The notes under the pieces: generated by a model
Databases searched by the model: none
What the model was told of the DNA's origin: nothing
Seen by the model: the letters and a program-made list of their open reading frames with translations, nothing else
Shown here: positions 61,820 through 64,000 of the stretch, one piece after another
Layout of the letters: each line of letters begins with the position of its first letter
Numbering within the stretch: the stretch's first letter is position 1
Translations under genes and position numbers: made by a program
DNA from: Selaginella moellendorffii
Lineage: Eukaryota > Plantae > Lycopodiophyta
Direction: 5' to 3'
Assembly: GCF_000143415.4 (NCBI RefSeq)
Contig: NW_003314282.1
Span: 2,003,374 to 2,067,373 of the forward strand
Length of the DNA: 64,000 nucleotides

Positions 61820-63339
61820 CATCCTTCTATATTTTATGAGCTTAATGGCACGTGGGAAAAAACAGTTGAGGGTGGAACTTTTTTTTTTAGGGTAAACCAG
61901 TTTTTTTCAATGCATTTTTTCAGGAGCACTTATGTATTTTGGCATTTCACTGCAGTTGCACGTCATGAGGTTCACTGCATGATTGCATTGGTCCTCGCCT
62001 ATCTAGGGCATATTGCTTAGCTGTATGATGCCACACACAACAGATAGATTAGCTGAGTTGAAGTGGCAGGTTCAAGAGCCTATGCTAGACGAAAGAGAAG
62101 ATGAAGAAACTCCAAGAGACACTTTTATGGTACATTTTCTCTTTCTTGTGTTGTTCCTTTTGATGATTTCTTTAGGCTGTTGCGAGGTTTGGAGGCGACA
62201 GTGTTGTCAAGACATGATCCAGCTACAAACCTGGTTCAGATGTACGCATATACTCAGTGCTTCTTTACATGCGAGGTATGGTTTGTGTTCATTTTTTCAT
62301 CACGAATATTTTACTGCCTCTTATTATGTACAATAAGGAGTACGTGCTTGGGCAGCTCATATACGTTCAAGCAACGAAGAGATTGCCTGGTTCTCCCAGA
62401 TTTCTGATCCTGTCATGCCAAGGGCTTGCAACAAGATCCCTGGTATGCTTATCGATCTAGGTTTCAAGATGATCTCTCATTTCTCTTAATCTCTATGGCT
62501 AACTTGGTACCTCATCTCCAGATAATGTAAATGCCAGAGAATATTTTTTTTGGTGTGTCTGCTCTTGGATCCAATGCTTGTAAAGGCGCTTGCGTTTTTC
62601 TTGCTCATCTGTCTCACGCTCACTGAATAATCATCCTCTGCCCCCTTAAGAACGCCTTAGCAATTGATCCACACAACAAAACAAAAACGGCACTACAGTG
62701 TACCTGTCAGGTAAAACAAGGGGAAGTCAGCTTTCATCCACCAGTTAAGCTCTTAGTGATTGAGATGAGCTCTTGTTATCTCAATTTTGCAACAGCATAG
62801 TGAAAAAGGGAAAGGGAAAGTATAGTACCTGAATGAAGGTGTGTCTGTCTGCTGTGTGTTTTTATTGCCTATCTCCTTTTCTTTGTTTTGCAGTTTCTCT
62901 TTCCCTTGTTGGTGGTCACCTGATTGGATCAAAGAGATCATTTTCGTGGAGTTGTTTGGTGTGCTTGCTATTGGCTGCATGTGTGCTACAGCTGGCTGGC
63001 TGGTATATGAGAGCTGCTGCTATAACGTATTGAGCTTACTTTCCACTCATTACAGAGCTTGTCCCAGGCGGGGCTTCAAGTCTACATTCAGGTCAACAAG
63101 TACCTAATGGCAGTGTTGAGAGCTTGTGGTTTTCACCTCCAGCTGCTTAAATTGAGCGAACCCGAACATTTGTGATTTGTTTGTTAAAAAAAAGGTACTG
63201 TGGTAGAGTCCTCCTGATCATCCACTTAGCCCTAGCCATCTCTACCTAGAACAACAAAGCAACGAACTTAAATAGTTCTCATAAGTTGCTAAGTTAAGCC
63301 CACCTTTTATCATATTTACTCTTCAATGTTCTTGTACCG

Positions 63340-63625
63340 CATCAAAGGTGTCATTATAAACCCTAGATGAACATGTCAACTCCTTCGGCCTAATCAGCGA
63401 AAGAGAAAGCATTGACAAAAGAGAAAGGTGGGAGAGATTTCAAAGCATTAGACGAATACCTTGAATCTCATTGCCATCAAAGGTGTCATTATAAACCCTG
63501 GATGAACATCATTGGCTGTGATGTCAACTCCTTCGGCCTAATCAGCGAAAGAGAAAGCATTGGCAAAAGAGAAAGGTGGGAGAGATTTCAAAGCATTAGA
63601 CGAATACCTTGAATCTTATTGCCAT
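63340..63625 (+). repeat. Tandem duplication of a ~135-150 bp unit
   Basis: catcaaaggtgtcattataaaccct...gacgaataccttgaatc occurs at 63340 and again at 63475. The second copy has a short insertion. Confidence 0.9.
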
Positions 63626-64000
63626 TTCTTTGGCGTGGAAAAAGTTCGCGAGCTTGGATTGACTGTATGCTTAGTGTCAGAGTACCTTTTGGAAGAAAAA
63701 AGGAAGAATGTAAGCTCACAAGAAAAGAGAGTTGTTTGGCATACCAGGTTTTGTCATTAAGGTGTGAGAACTGGATTCCACCGCTGTAAGAGGCGATATG
63801 CACGACGGAGGAGAGATTGACAAACACTTAGCAGTCTCCTTCATTTTGTCCAGTAGCAAGTTTGTGAGAAGAAAATGGCCTAGACATCACAACAAGATAG
63901 AAAAGATACCTATGTATAAATAGAAAATCATGGATTTCTTTTGATCAAGTTCGAATTTTTCCTCATACCTTGTAAAGTTCCATCACTTTGGAGGTGAGCT

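Noticed and set aside
62000-64000. Short exon-like ORFs and the duplicated KEKGGRDFKALDEYLES peptide
   Set aside because: The peptide repeat simply reflects the DNA tandem duplication; no coherent gene model.

Overview
Eukaryotic plant nuclear DNA with very short (~45-60 bp) introns and tiny intergenic gaps. It carries land-plant housekeeping genes together with flagellar genes, which points to a non-seed plant with motile sperm (most like the lycophyte Selaginella; inferred, not proven). From 1 to 55.5 kb there are about 19 packed genes: a cyclic-nucleotide-binding AGC (PKG-like) kinase, two intronless LEA_2/NHL genes, HISN1, TRX z, COQ8/ABC1, CUL1, kinesin-5, a glutaredoxin, KAS II, ARPC4, D27-like2, NDUFA8, an At3g12590-like protein and ELP4, followed by four consecutive cilium/centriole-type genes: HYDIN, SPEF1, a cryptic CEP295/Ana1-N-terminal-like gene (visible only after manual splicing) and a half-centrin EF-hand gene. 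From about 55.5 kb on the window is repeat-rich: a TRIM-like mini-LTR array, a decayed Helitron helicase, a (TA)n tract and unresolved fragments. The main finds are: (1) the candidate plant CEP295/Ana1 homolog inside an apparent sperm cilium/basal-body gene cluster; (2) an NHL protein with about 8 tandem RVxF-like PP1-docking motifs; (3) head-to-head gene pairs only 18-53 bp apart; (4) a 6-nt tail-to-tail CDS overlap; (5) a U12 AT-AC intron in ELP4. Homology calls rest on hand-spliced translations compared with remembered family motifs. No database searches were run.
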